A stretch of DNA of 21,128 bases from Leptolyngbyaceae cyanobacterium RM1_406_9 (GCA_012033355.1 JAAUQZ010000074.1:1-21128); one strand, 5' to 3'. Positions 1 to 8,515 are shown, numbered from the stretch's first letter. Notes: generated by a model from the letters alone, not told the origin. Made by a program: numbers and translations.

Positions 1-108
1 CGGTATTCTTTCAGTAGCTCATCAATTAATTCAGGTCGAAAATCCATTTGTCGCGTCTCAGATAGATTAGTTCATTAGATCTGCTTTTGACCTTTGACAC
101 AATCTAAT

Positions 109-471
109 TTACAGTCTCCGATTCAGCTTCTGAATCATCTCTAGGGTCAAGGAACGTTTACGAGATAGCACCTCAGATACTCTAGCTCGACTACCAAGAT
201 ATGGCTCCAAATCACGACGCGACCAGCCACGAGTGTCCATACATAGCGCTCTGCGCCTGGATAACTAGCGGTTGTTTTGTGAGAGCCGCGCTCCGCGCGG
301 CTCTCACAAAACAACCTGTACTACACGCAATTGAGAATTGCTATAGTATTGAATTGCTTCAATTGGATCAGGAATTGCAATAGGGAAGTGTACTTTCTCA
401 TAGGCTTCTACTAATGTGCTTATCACATCTGATCCGATTATTGGTGATGATACTTGCGTTACGATGGGTGG
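109..471 (-). pseudogene. Decayed HigA/COG5499-type HTH antitoxin gene, interrupted by a roughly 100-bp hairpin element
   Basis: The minus-strand frame reads ...SPIIGSDVISTLVEAYEKVHFPIAIPDPIEAIQYY (471..343). It then runs into the repeat and hits an in-frame TGA. The frame resumes as MDTRGWSRRDLEPYLGSRARVSEVLSRKRSLTLEMIQKLNRRL* (240..109). The motifs LVEAYE..H.PI..PDPIEAI and DLEPYLGSR.RVSEVL.RKR.LTLEMI are what I recall for COG5499/HigA-like antitoxins. There is no credible N-terminal start, and the C-terminus looks short. Confidence 0.55.
243..344. repeat. MITE-like hairpin element, copy 1 (ATAGC...GCTAT ends; 21-bp perfect stem 270-290/296-316, loop CTCCG)
   Basis: GGTTGTTTTGTGAGAGCCGCG-ctccg-CGCGGCTCTCACAAAACAACC is read directly from the sequence. 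The left part ATAGCGCTCTGCGCCTGGATAACTAGCGGTTGTTTTGTGAGAGCCGCG is nearly identical to 20774-20822. Confidence 0.8.
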
Positions 472-772
472 CTAAAGATGAAGGAGGCAATGTCAGTATC
501 GATCAGAACAAGACTCATGGGAGATTGGCTAGCTGAAATCTTGCACAAGATTGGTCTGTTACCCAATGACCCGCCCCAGAATCACCACAAACATCAGAAA
601 CCCTATGAGTGAATATAGCGAATCAAAGCAAGTCCTCCAACATCAATCGCAGCCCCTTAAAATTAAAAAATACGGTCGTCGGGTCAAAAGTCTGTTTCGC
701 TTAGGATTCGACTATTTGCGCCATTTGGTACTCAATCCATCCCCTTCTAATGAGTCCGACTTTGTGCAATCT

Positions 773-1612
773 TTACAACTTTTGTCCTGTACTTAGGGGT
801 TGGCAGGTTGGGCAGTAGTAATATCGCCGCCCGCCCGAAAATTCTTTAACAATGGCTGTGCCACAGACATAACAGGGTTTATCGACTCGATTGAACACAT
901 AATGGCGGTATTCCTGGCGCTTTTGTCCCTGGGTTTTGAGTTGCGCGACAAACTCCAGGTCATTGGTAATTCCACCCGTTTGATAGGACTGACGGCTGAC
1001 TGAGAGAACCGCTTCTGCCAGAGCAGCAATTTGCTCAGGGGAACAGTCAGTAGGGCGGCGAGTGGGATGAATTTTGGCGACAAACAAGACTTCGCTGCGA
1101 AGGTAGTTACCCAAGCCACAGAAAAAGCCTTGATCGAGCAATAGAGATATGAAGCTGCGGCGGTAAAAGCGTTTGTCTTGGATATGGGCGATCGCCTGCT
1201 CAACCGTAGTCGCCTCATCCAACACATCGAGTCCCAACTTGCTGAGAAACGGGTGCATGAAAATTTCAGGTTCGGTTAAAACCTCGATATCAGAAGCGCT
1301 GTAGAGCAAGGCTGACTTTTTTTCGTTGTGAATCGCCAGCCGAAGCTGACGATTGGTCGTAGGGTAAGAATGGGCATCTCGAATCACCCATTTACCGTAA
1401 AGCTGATTGTGGCTGTAGATGCTGAATCCGTTGTCAAAGCCGAGCAGCATTGCCTTTCCTTTGGCGGTGACGGATACAACTTTTCTGCCCTTCAGCTTAG
1501 ATTCGTAGGGTTTGAGCCGCTCGAAAGCAAAGAAGATCTCGGTGACGGGGCGATCGCCAATTGCCTTTGCAATCTGGTCCGCCGCTCGTTTAATTTCGGG
1601 TCCTTCTGGCAT
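773..1612 (-). CDS. nei: Endonuclease VIII (Nei), Fpg/Nei family DNA glycosylase/AP lyase
   Basis: 279 aa. The N-terminus is MPEGPEI (catalytic Pro2/Glu3). Internal motifs YSHNQLYG, LLYSASDIE and LLLDQ.F..GLGNYLR.E, plus a C-terminal CxxC...CxxC zinc finger, are collinear with E. coli Nei as I recall it. Confidence 0.9.
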   Translation of the reverse strand: MPEGPEIKRAADQIAKAIGDRPVTEIFFAFERLKPYESKLKGRKVVSVTAKGKAMLLGFDNGFSIYSHNQLYGKWVIRDAHSYPTTNRQLRLAIHNEKKSALLYSASDIEVLTEPEIFMHPFLSKLGLDVLDEATTVEQAIAHIQDKRFYRRSFISLLLDQGFFCGLGNYLRSEVLFVAKIHPTRRPTDCSPEQIAALAEAVLSVSRQSYQTGGITNDLEFVAQLKTQGQKRQEYRHYVFNRVDKPCYVCGTAIVKEFSGGRRYYYCPTCQPLSTGQKL

Positions 1613-2266
1613 TTACAGCACACCTTTGGAGCTGGGGATGGTATGGGCGCGACGCGGATCAACCTCAATCGCCATTCTCATCGCCCGCGCAAACGCCTTG
1701 AACGTTGCCTCAATGATGTGGTGAGAATTGATCCCATCCAGTTGGCGAATGTGTAGCGTCATTTGGGAATGGTTGACAATTGCCACAAAAAACTCGCGCA
1801 CCAGTTGCGTATCGTAAGTGCCAACCCGCTCCGTAGGAATTTGTAAGCCGTAGCTGAGGTGAGGCCGTCCCGAAAAATCTAGCGTCACCTGCACGAGGGC
1901 TTCATCCAGGGGTGCTAGGAAATGCCCGAAACGGACGATGCCTTTGCGATCGCCCAATGCCTTTGCCAACGACTGACCCAGCGTAATCCCCACATCTTCA
2001 TTCGTGTGGTGGTCATCGATTTCCAGATCGCCCGTTGCCTGCACATCCAGGTCAATCAGCCCGTGTGAGGAGATCTGGTGCAGCATATGATCTAAAAACG
2101 GAATTCCCGTTGCTGCCGAGCAAGTTCCCTGTCCGTCAAGATTCAGGCTCACCTGCACGTCTGTCTCACCCGTTTTGCGGCTAACGGAGGCCATTCGAGC
2201 AGGCAATTCTAAATTGAAGGAAGGAAGTTTTTCTGAGGAAGTCGCTGCGAAGTCGCGGGTTTGCAT
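1613..2266 (-). CDS. hisB: Imidazoleglycerol-phosphate dehydratase
   Basis: The 217-aa ORF contains [35 protein letters not shown] and HHIIEA.FKA.ARA, which are canonical HisB motifs. The true start may be the internal Met at 2194 ([12 protein letters not shown]). The stop codon directly abuts the nei start. Confidence 0.93.
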   Translation of the reverse strand: MQTRDFAATSSEKLPSFNLELPARMASVSRKTGETDVQVSLNLDGQGTCSAATGIPFLDHMLHQISSHGLIDLDVQATGDLEIDDHHTNEDVGITLGQSLAKALGDRKGIVRFGHFLAPLDEALVQVTLDFSGRPHLSYGLQIPTERVGTYDTQLVREFFVAIVNHSQMTLHIRQLDGINSHHIIEATFKAFARAMRMAIEVDPRRAHTIPSSKGVL

Positions 2267-2409
2267 GAACCTGAGCCAAATTTTCTAATTGTCTAAGCTC
2301 ATTAATTGTAAAACCCAGCGCTCAGATCTGCGACTTCTCGAAGAAGTTGCAGATCTTGTTTGCTCATGAATAGGCAGAAGGCTTAGTTCCAATGGCACTG
2401 ACGTAAGCG

Positions 2410-2470
2410 GCTTTCTTTGCCCTGGAATCAATTCCAGGTAATCGATTAAGTCCGTTAAAACTGAGAGTTG
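2410..2470 (+). repeat. Partial copy of the roughly 146-bp structured repeat (central palindrome plus part of the next hairpin)
   Basis: CCCTGGAATCAATTCCAGGTAATCGATTAAGTCCGTTAAAACTGA resembles the core of 2482-2627, and lies immediately upstream of the full copy. Confidence 0.6.
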
Positions 2471-2481
2471 GCACTAGTTTA

Positions 2482-2627
2482 GTCTGTTACCCAACGCCCC
2501 GCCCTGGAATCAATTCCGGGCTAACAGCTTAAGTCAGTTGAAACTGACTCAACCATCCACTGAAAAACCGTTCCAACTTGTTTTAACGAGTTTTAGCTTT
2601 GAGCCTGAGATTGATCTCAAGGCTCTA
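2482..2627 (+). repeat. Roughly 146-bp hairpin-rich dispersed repeat, copy A
   Basis: It aligns by eye at roughly 85% identity with the reverse complement of 9223-9369. Shared elements are the palindrome CCTGGAATCAATTCCGGG, the hairpins GTC(A/C)GTT..AAC(T/G)GAC and AACT(T/C)GTT-tt-AACGAGTT, and a nearly identical 3' 60 nt (..TTTTAGCTTTGAGCCTGAGATTGATCTCAAGGC). The first 30 nt or so recur at 546-580. Confidence 0.85.
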
Positions 2628-2918
2628 GAGCGATGCCTCCAGCCGTTGATACAAGCTCTCATTTAAGGTGGATTGCATCTACAGCTCCCCGATCTCCCCA
2701 TTCGTTAAAGCTGATTAAGCAGACTTTGCAGACGTTCTAATTCTGCATCAACTGCTGCATCGAGGAGAAGGAGTGTTTGAGGGTTCAGCACTGGGAAGTT
2801 GCGACTGGGGTACTAGCCAACGACACTCCAAGCCTAAGCGCAACTGACCTGGAATATTTAATGGGAATTACGCAGATTTCTCTGATCTTTAAGAAGTTTT
2901 CGTCAACTTGAAGCCCTA

Positions 2919-3021
2919 AGGATTGTGGATCAAATAATCTGTAAAACCAGAATCTCTGTAGGGACATGGCATTGCCGTGCCCCTACACAGGAGAATTACA
3001 CATTAATAAATCCACAATCCT
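2919..3021. repeat. Nested palindromic element: a 12-bp perfect outer IR enclosing a GTAGGG..CCCTAC hairpin
   Basis: AGGATTGTGGAT (2919-2930) pairs with ATCCACAATCCT (3010-3021). The inner imperfect 14-bp stem is 2957-2970/2974-2987 (TGTAGGGACATGGC att GCCGTGCCCCTACA). Confidence 0.7.
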
Positions 3022-3099
3022 AAGCAGCGTGAAAAATTGGACGGTTCAACAAACCTTACTAGAGGATATTCAAAAAACAGCCCATACCCCAAGAATACG

Positions 3100-3170
3100 T
3101 AGGGGCATAGCATTCGGCAGATAGACGCTGGAACAAACCTAAGGATTCTTGCCCGAATGCTACGCCCTTA
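3100..3170. repeat. Second GTAGGGGCA-type inverted repeat (about 21-bp arms, 28-nt spacer)
   Basis: TAGGGGCATAGCATTCGGCAG (3100-3120) pairs with TTGCCCGAATGCTACGCCCTTA (3149-3170), with 2 mismatches and 1 indel. CCTAAGGATT at 3138-3147 is a direct repeat of 2915-2924. Confidence 0.65.
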
Positions 3171-3205
3171 CAGGAACTCGCTGCTTTTCAACCATTCTCT
3201 TAAAG

Positions 3206-3982
3206 TTACATTCCCATGATGGCGTAGCCCGAATCGACGTAGAGAATCTGTCCCGTGATGCCACTGGAAAGGTCACTTGCCAGGAAAGCAGCCGTATTGC
3301 CGACTTCGGTTTGAGTTACCGTGCGGCGCAGGGGGGCAATTTCCTCAACGTGGTGGATCATGTCTAAGATGCCGCCAACAGCCGAAGAAGCCAGGGTGCG
3401 AATGGGGCCAGCGGAGATCGCATTGACACGGATATTTTGGGGGCCAAGCTCGGCGGCGAGATAGCGGACGTTCATCTCCAGGGCGGCTTTGGCAATTCCC
3501 ATGACGTTGTAGTTGGGGATAACGCGAACGCCGCCTAAATAGGTCAGGGTAATGATGCTACCGCCTTCGGTCATGAGTGGGCTGGCGGCGCGGCTAAGCT
3601 GCACCAGTGAATAAGCGCTGACTTCCAGGGCGAGGTTGAATCCAGCACGAGAGGTTTTACTGAAATCACCTGTCAGGTCATCTTTGTTGGCAAAGGCGAG
3701 GCAGTGAATCAGGATGTCGAGCTTGCCCCACTTCTCCTGAACCGTTGCAAAGGTTGACTCGATCTGCTCATCGTTTTGCACGTCGCAGGGCAGAAACAGA
3801 CTGGGCTGGAGCGGCTCTACCAGTTCTGCCACTTTCTTTTCATACCGTCCTTTTTCGTCGGGCAGAAAAGTTACGCCCAGGTTAGCTCCAGCTTGGTGAA
3901 GCTGTTGGGCGATTCCCCAGGCGATCGAGCGGTTATTGGCGATGCCTGTGACGAGAGCGTTTTTGCCAGTCAAGTTCAGCAT
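3206..3982 (-). CDS. fabI: Enoyl-[acyl-carrier-protein] reductase (NADH), FabI
   Basis: MLNLTGKNALVTGIANNRSIAWGIA is the Rossmann/FabI N-terminus. The downstream motifs LDILIHCLAF, Y...K (AYSLV...MGIAKAALE) and ISAGPIRTLA are also present. The ORF is open to 4015, but the Met at 3982 gives the canonical N-terminus. Confidence 0.93.
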   Translation of the reverse strand: MLNLTGKNALVTGIANNRSIAWGIAQQLHQAGANLGVTFLPDEKGRYEKKVAELVEPLQPSLFLPCDVQNDEQIESTFATVQEKWGKLDILIHCLAFANKDDLTGDFSKTSRAGFNLALEVSAYSLVQLSRAASPLMTEGGSIITLTYLGGVRVIPNYNVMGIAKAALEMNVRYLAAELGPQNIRVNAISAGPIRTLASSAVGGILDMIHHVEEIAPLRRTVTQTEVGNTAAFLASDLSSGITGQILYVDSGYAIMGM

Positions 3983-4232
3983 GGGAATCTGTGGAAAATC
4001 TTTATTTAGGCGCAACTAGGAGAATACTGGAAAACGAGGATCGAAGGATAGAGTATGAATTTTGATATGGCTGTTTTACTTTGGAGCGATCGCCTTGTAA
4101 TCTAGATAACATAAGCCTTTCAAGTTCCTTCATCAAAGCTCAAACCTGGCTTGTTTTTGAGTGAACTGAATGCTGCCAAAGCAAAGTTGGGTGAATTTAC
4201 GGACGAGCTTTCGATACAGCTTGGCAAATTAT

Positions 4233-4246
4233 GTATCGTCGTGTAC
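4233..4246 (+). promoter_or_regulatory. Candidate NtcA-binding box GTA-N8-TAC upstream of ntcA
   Basis: GTATCGTCGTGTAC is read at 4233-4246, 116 nt upstream of the ntcA ATG. Two TAN3T-like -10 candidates follow: TAAGTT (4265-4270) and TAGTGT (4272-4277). Their spacings of 18 and 25 nt bracket the canonical spacing of about 22 nt but do not match it. Confidence 0.55.
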
Positions 4247-4361
4247 AAAAAACTGTCTCACAGTTAAGTTTTAGTGTTCTAAAGTCAGAGATCTCTCACA
4301 GGAAGCAGGGGATCTCTGCATGACCTGATTCAGTCTATACGACAGTGGGTAGGGCGAGGGT

Positions 4362-5036
4362 ATGGTAGTGACGCAAGATAGACCACCGCTAGCGAATGTA
4401 TTTCGGCAGCTCAGTGGCAGCGCTTTTCCGCCAGTGGTGGAGTCGTTTGATCGAAGTAAGACTATTTTCTTTCCGGGTGATCCCGCTGAGCGTGTCTATT
4501 TTCTGCTTAAGGGCGCTGTAAAACTGTCCAGGGTTTATGAAGCTGGAGAGGAAATCACGGTTGCGCTGCTGCGAGAAAATAGCGTGTTTGGCGTGCTGTC
4601 TCTGATCACGGGACACCGCTCTGATCGGTTTTACCATGCCGTCGCTTTTACGCCCGTAGATTTGCTCTCTGTGCCGATTGAGCAAGTCGAGAAGGCGCTC
4701 AAAGATAACCCCGAACTGTCGATGCTGATGCTTCAGGGACTTTCCTCTCGGATTCTGCAAACCGAGATGATGATCGAAACGCTGGCACACCGCGATATGG
4801 GTTCACGCCTGGTCAGTTTCTTGCTGATTCTCTGCCGTGACTTTGGAATGCCCAGCCCCGATGGGATCACGATTGACCTGAAGCTGTCGCATCAGGCGAT
4901 CGCTGAAGCCATTGGCTCAACCCGTGTGACCGTAACTCGTCTGCTGGGCGATCTGCGGCAGGATAAAATGATATCTATTCACAAAAAGAAAATTACCGTT
5001 CACAATCCCGTTGCCCTTAGCCAGCAGTTTACTTAA
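4362..5036 (+). CDS. ntcA: Global nitrogen regulator NtcA (CRP/FNR family)
   Basis: The 224-aa product is near-identical over long stretches to NtcA as I recall it. Matching stretches are [79 protein letters not shown] and [25 protein letters not shown]. Confidence 0.97.
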   Translation: MVVTQDRPPLANVFRQLSGSAFPPVVESFDRSKTIFFPGDPAERVYFLLKGAVKLSRVYEAGEEITVALLRENSVFGVLSLITGHRSDRFYHAVAFTPVDLLSVPIEQVEKALKDNPELSMLMLQGLSSRILQTEMMIETLAHRDMGSRLVSFLLILCRDFGMPSPDGITIDLKLSHQAIAEAIGSTRVTVTRLLGDLRQDKMISIHKKKITVHNPVALSQQFT

Positions 5037-5105
5037 GTCAACGCATCCACCCGTTCACCTTGTTCAGAATGCAGTAGGCTGTATCTGGACTGTTTCTAGC
5101 CAGCG

Positions 5106-6599
5106 ATGACCGCTCAGTTAGTCCTGATTGCAGCAATTTTGGTACTGGGGGGGGTGATTGCCACGGTGGGCGATCGCCTGGGAATGCGAGTGGGCAAAGC
5201 TCGGTTAACGCTGTTTAACCTGCGTCCCCGTCAGACTGCAACTATTGTCACCATTCTCACGGGCAGCGTCATTTCTGCCTCTACGTTTGCGCTCCTGTTT
5301 GCCCTGAGTGAGCAGCTTCGACGCGGTATTTTCGACTACGAAGAAATTCAGGAAAATTTGACGACTGCCCGTCAAGACCTGGAAGAAGTCAGCGAAGAAA
5401 AGCAGCAGATTGAGGCTCAGCGAGATGAAGCCATTGAGCAGCAAAGGGCAGCACGGAACCGACTGCGGCAAATCAACCAAGATCTGGAAGCGGCGATCGC
5501 CCGTCAAGCTAGAACCGCTGCCCGATTAAACCAGTCCCAAAACCAACTGAACCGAACTCAAAACCAACTGGGTCGAATTCGCTCTAGCTTTGAACGAGCC
5601 CGCGCTCAACTGGGTCGGGTGACACAGCAGGCAAACAGCCTTCGATCAGAGATTCGAGAGCTTCAGGTTGGACGGCAACAGTTGATTCGCCAAAGAGAAG
5701 AAGAATTGGCTCTGCGGGATCAGGCGATCGCCGAACGAGAAGCACTGCTGCGGCAACTTGAAGCCCAAAGAGCATTTCTCGCTCAAGAGGTGCAATCTCT
5801 AGAGCGAGAGTTTCAAGGATTACGTCAAGGCAACGTCGCTCTCCTGCGAAATCAGGCTCTTGTCTCTCGTGCCTTTCGCATTGTTGATCCAACCGTTGCG
5901 CCTCAAGTAATCTATCGGCTGCTGCTAGAGGCAAATCGAGTCGCAGTTCAGGAAATCTTACCTGATGCAGACGATTTAGATCAGCAAGTCATCGATATTA
6001 CAAATGCTGAGGTTGAACGGCTGGTTAGCCAAATTCGAGATGGACAAGAGTATGTCGTGCGAATTCTCTCGGCTGGCAATTATGTCGTTGGAGAACCGTG
6101 CGTTGTAGCAGGAGAATCGTGTATTCAGGTATTTGCTGCTGCCACCCCTAATCAGGTTGTGTTTTTAGATGGAGAAACTGTAGCGACCGTTTCTGTTGAT
6201 CCATCCACTGCTACGGATGAAGAACTGCTAGATCGAATCAGGTTGTTGGTTGCAGCCTCTCAGTTTCGGGCGAGACAGGCAGGCATATTGTTAGATATGC
6301 CCCAGGTGGCAGATGGCCGAACTCAAACTTTGATCAGCTTTTTGCGACAGGTTAAGCAATACAATCAGCCGATTGAAATCCAGGCGATCGCCTCAGATGT
6401 TACTTACACCGCAGGGCCAGTTAGGCTAGAGCTAGTTGCAGTTCAAGACGGTCAAATTCTGTTTGGAACAGGACAATCTCCTGCATTATTTGCTCCACAA
6501 CCCAATTCCCCACCTGCCAGTCCAGAGCAGTCCGAATCTGACTCTAATAGTTCAGGACGAAGTGATCCAGAGCGAAACAATCAGGATCAGCCAAACTGA
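5106..6599 (+). CDS. Membrane-anchored coiled-coil protein, DUF3084-like
   Basis: 497 aa. The N-terminal region has two hydrophobic segments (ILVLGGVIATVGDRLG..., TILTGSVISASTFALLF). A long Q/R/E/L-rich heptad-like region of about 180 aa follows. The C-terminal globular part ends in a low-complexity S/P/N tail. The DUF3084 name is from memory of the N-terminal motif. Confidence 0.8.
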   Translation: MTAQLVLIAAILVLGGVIATVGDRLGMRVGKARLTLFNLRPRQTATIVTILTGSVISASTFALLFALSEQLRRGIFDYEEIQENLTTARQDLEEVSEEKQQIEAQRDEAIEQQRAARNRLRQINQDLEAAIARQARTAARLNQSQNQLNRTQNQLGRIRSSFERARAQLGRVTQQANSLRSEIRELQVGRQQLIRQREEELALRDQAIAEREALLRQLEAQRAFLAQEVQSLEREFQGLRQGNVALLRNQALVSRAFRIVDPTVAPQVIYRLLLEANRVAVQEILPDADDLDQQVIDITNAEVERLVSQIRDGQEYVVRILSAGNYVVGEPCVVAGESCIQVFAAATPNQVVFLDGETVATVSVDPSTATDEELLDRIRLLVAASQFRARQAGILLDMPQVADGRTQTLISFLRQVKQYNQPIEIQAIASDVTYTAGPVRLELVAVQDGQILFGTGQSPALFAPQPNSPPASPEQSESDSNSSGRSDPERNNQDQPN

Positions 6600-6633
6600 A
6601 GGAATTTTCAGAAATCTTAATTTTCCAAACTGC

Positions 6634-7068
6634 ATGGCATCCCTATTTCTAGATTCTAACCAGCCAGCTATTTTGGGTTTTGATCCCGGTCGCCAAAAGT
6701 GCGGTCTGGCCGTCATGGGGCTGGATCGCAGCCTCCTATATCGTGAGGTAATCCCAGCGGAGAAGGCGATCGCTACCATCCAAACATTACGCCAGCAGTT
6801 CCCAATTTCGCTGCTGGTAATGGGCGACCAGACCAGTTCCAAAGACTGGAAGCAAAAGCTCGACAGCAACTTATCAGAACCCCTGAGAATCGTCCTGGTA
6901 GACGAACGGTTTAGCACCCTGGAAGCTCGCGATCGCTACTGGCAAATGCACCCGCCCAGAGGTTTATTCCGCCTGCTGCCACAGGGCATTCGCACCCTTC
7001 CCCGCCCCATCGACGACATCGTAGCGATTCTTTTAATTGAACGCTATTTGGGCAGGTTGACGGATTAA
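6634..7068 (+). CDS. YqgF/RuvX-like RNase H-fold nuclease (putative pre-16S rRNA nuclease / Holliday-junction resolvase-like)
   Basis: ILGFDPGRQKCGLAVMG resembles the GLD.G..RIGVA motif, LLVMGDQTS is present, and VDERFSTLEAR resembles the DERLTT..A motif. The start is placed at the Met at 6634. The longer track ORF from 6436 overlaps the preceding gene. Confidence 0.65.
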   Translation: MASLFLDSNQPAILGFDPGRQKCGLAVMGLDRSLLYREVIPAEKAIATIQTLRQQFPISLLVMGDQTSSKDWKQKLDSNLSEPLRIVLVDERFSTLEARDRYWQMHPPRGLFRLLPQGIRTLPRPIDDIVAILLIERYLGRLTD

Positions 7069-7118
7069 AAAAGAGTTGAATTGTTCCATGAGCTTGCACA
7101 TGAAAAATTCGACTTCAA

Positions 7119-7382
7119 TCAAATTTCTGCCCGAATCGTAAACGAATAATCTCCACCTGGCTCAAGCTGGTAATCACATTTTTCCAGAAAGCGACCCAGG
7201 GGTTCTTGAATGAGCGCTCTTCCCAGCGACGGCTCAACAGATAGCTCTCCTCGGTTAAAGCGCCACTGAAACTGCCAGTGATAGTCACTCGCTCTTACCT
7301 CACCTTCGATTCTGCCCTGCTGCCAAGACTGGTGAGTAATGCGGACATAGGCAGTCGTTTCAGGTAGACGCTTAGAACTCAC
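7119..7382 (-). CDS. Small conserved-looking hypothetical protein (87 aa)
   Basis: This is a clean ORF in line with pth and tatA on the minus strand (69-nt gap to pth). The composition is non-repetitive. I recognise no family with confidence. Confidence 0.55.
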   Translation of the reverse strand: MSSKRLPETTAYVRITHQSWQQGRIEGEVRASDYHWQFQWRFNRGELSVEPSLGRALIQEPLGRFLEKCDYQLEPGGDYSFTIRAEI

Positions 7383-7451
7383 AGTAGCTTCTATTTCCTA
7401 TTAATTTTAGGGTCCGTTCTGGTGGGCCCTGCTGGGATTCTAAACTAAGCT

Positions 7452-8120
7452 TTACGCAATGCGATCATCGGGAGTCACAGAGCGACTATTGTAGAGGCTC
7501 ATCGCTTTGGCAACGCCCTGTTTGAGACTTAGCTCGACGGCTGACAGAACCATTTGCAGCACTTCTGCCATGATTTGTGCTTCTGCTTTAGAAAATTGCC
7601 CTAATACGTGAGAAACGGTATCTTTGTCGGAAGCAGCAAGGTTTTTAGGGCTATCGATGCCGATGCGGAGACGCGGAAAATCTTGTGTGCCCAGGTGGGC
7701 GATCGCTGATTTCATGCCCTTTTGCCCACCCGCTGAGCCAGAGAGCCGCAGCCGAATTTTGCCTACTGCCAAATCCATATCATCGTAGATCACCAGCACG
7801 GACTCCGGCGGTAGCTTAAACCAATCCGTTGCGGCCCGAATTGCCTGCCCTGACAGATTCATGTAAGTCAGCGGCTTCAGCAAGCGAATTTTGTCTCCGT
7901 GTGGCCCTCGCCCTTCACCAAAAGTGGACTGAAATTTACGATTTTCGGACATACTAATGCCCCACGATCGCGCTAGCAAGTCGATCGCCTCAAAGCCAAT
8001 GTTGTGTCGAGTTTTGTCGTACTTTGCCCCCGGATTGCCCAACCCCACAATCAATTGCGGAATCACTAACTCAGGAGCCGCCGAAGTGTCTGTCATCTGA
8101 ACTGTTGATCTGTCTGTCAC
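7452..8120 (-). CDS. pth: Peptidyl-tRNA hydrolase
   Basis: LIVGLGNPGAKYDKTRHNIGF, TYMNLSG, and GGQKG.KS (GSAGGQKGMKS) are classic Pth motifs. The start may be the second Met (MTDTSA). Confidence 0.93.
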   Translation of the reverse strand: MTDRSTVQMTDTSAAPELVIPQLIVGLGNPGAKYDKTRHNIGFEAIDLLARSWGISMSENRKFQSTFGEGRGPHGDKIRLLKPLTYMNLSGQAIRAATDWFKLPPESVLVIYDDMDLAVGKIRLRLSGSAGGQKGMKSAIAHLGTQDFPRLRIGIDSPKNLAASDKDTVSHVLGQFSKAEAQIMAEVLQMVLSAVELSLKQGVAKAMSLYNSRSVTPDDRIA

Positions 8121-8167
8121 TGCTGGCGATCGCCCACTGCCGTCTCACCTATTCTTAACCTCGACCC

Positions 8168-8515
8168 CTAACTCTGAACGACTTTCTCCTCTGCAATTTC
8201 CTCAGCTTCGACTGCTTCAGCTAGTTCAGTCGCCTCAGTCGTTTCAGCTTCAGGCTCAGTCGAGGCAGTAGGAGCCAGTGCCTTGCGTGAAGACGGGGTT
8301 TCTAGCTTAGCTTCCATCGGTTGACTGACGGTTTGCTCTAGGCGCTCTGCTTCTTTCTTAAACTCGTTTTCAAATTCCTTAGACGCTTCCTGGAAGCCGC
8401 GAATTGCCTTGCCCAGACTACGACCAATTTCTGGTAGCTTCTTGGGGCCAAAAATTAGCAGGGCAACGACCATAATCAGCGCCATTTCGGGTAAACCAAT
8501 TCCAAAAACATTCAT
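8168..8515 (-). CDS. tatA: Twin-arginine translocase subunit TatA/E
   Basis: MNVFGIGLPEMALIMVVALLIFGPKKLPEIGRSLGKAIRGFQ shows the TatA TM helix, the FGPKKLP hinge and the amphipathic helix. An acidic C-terminal tail follows. Confidence 0.9.
   Translation of the reverse strand: MNVFGIGLPEMALIMVVALLIFGPKKLPEIGRSLGKAIRGFQEASKEFENEFKKEAERLEQTVSQPMEAKLETPSSRKALAPTASTEPEAETTEATELAEAVEAEEIAEEKVVQS

Noticed and set aside
1-47. Possible 5' end of an IS256-type transposase on the minus strand (MDFRPELIDELLKEY...)
   Set aside because: Only 15 codons are visible, so the resemblance to the transposase N-terminus is suggestive but not supportable as a feature. It is mentioned only as context for the decayed TA locus.
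201-383. Track ORFs 201..383(+), 20641..20838(-) and 20735..20926(+), which share the peptide RAALRAALTKQP / CFVRAA
   Set aside because: The shared peptide is simply the translation of the palindromic stem of the MITE-like element in both orientations. The ORFs have no other support and cross a terminator or a pseudogene.
475-518. Short minus-strand ORF MSLVLIDTDIASFIFSHPS* as a PIN/VapC or HigB remnant
   Set aside because: At nineteen codons it is too short to separate a PIN-like beta1 (L.DT.) from chance.
551-796. 81-aa plus-strand ORF between the HigA remnant and nei
   Set aside because: It starts inside a fragment of the 146-bp repeat and overlaps the 3' end of nei by 24 nt. It has no recognisable motifs. 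I cannot support it as a gene.
793-2266. Overlapping and antisense ORFs 793..1227(-), 800..1003(+), 1328..1756(+) and 1512..1724(+)
   Set aside because: They lie entirely within nei and hisB, which have strong family motifs. These are alternative-frame artefacts.
2785-2967. 60-aa minus-strand ORF and other short ORFs in the hisB-fabI spacer (also 3149..3367+)
   Set aside because: They run through palindromic repeats or overlap fabI. They have no motifs, and they are short.
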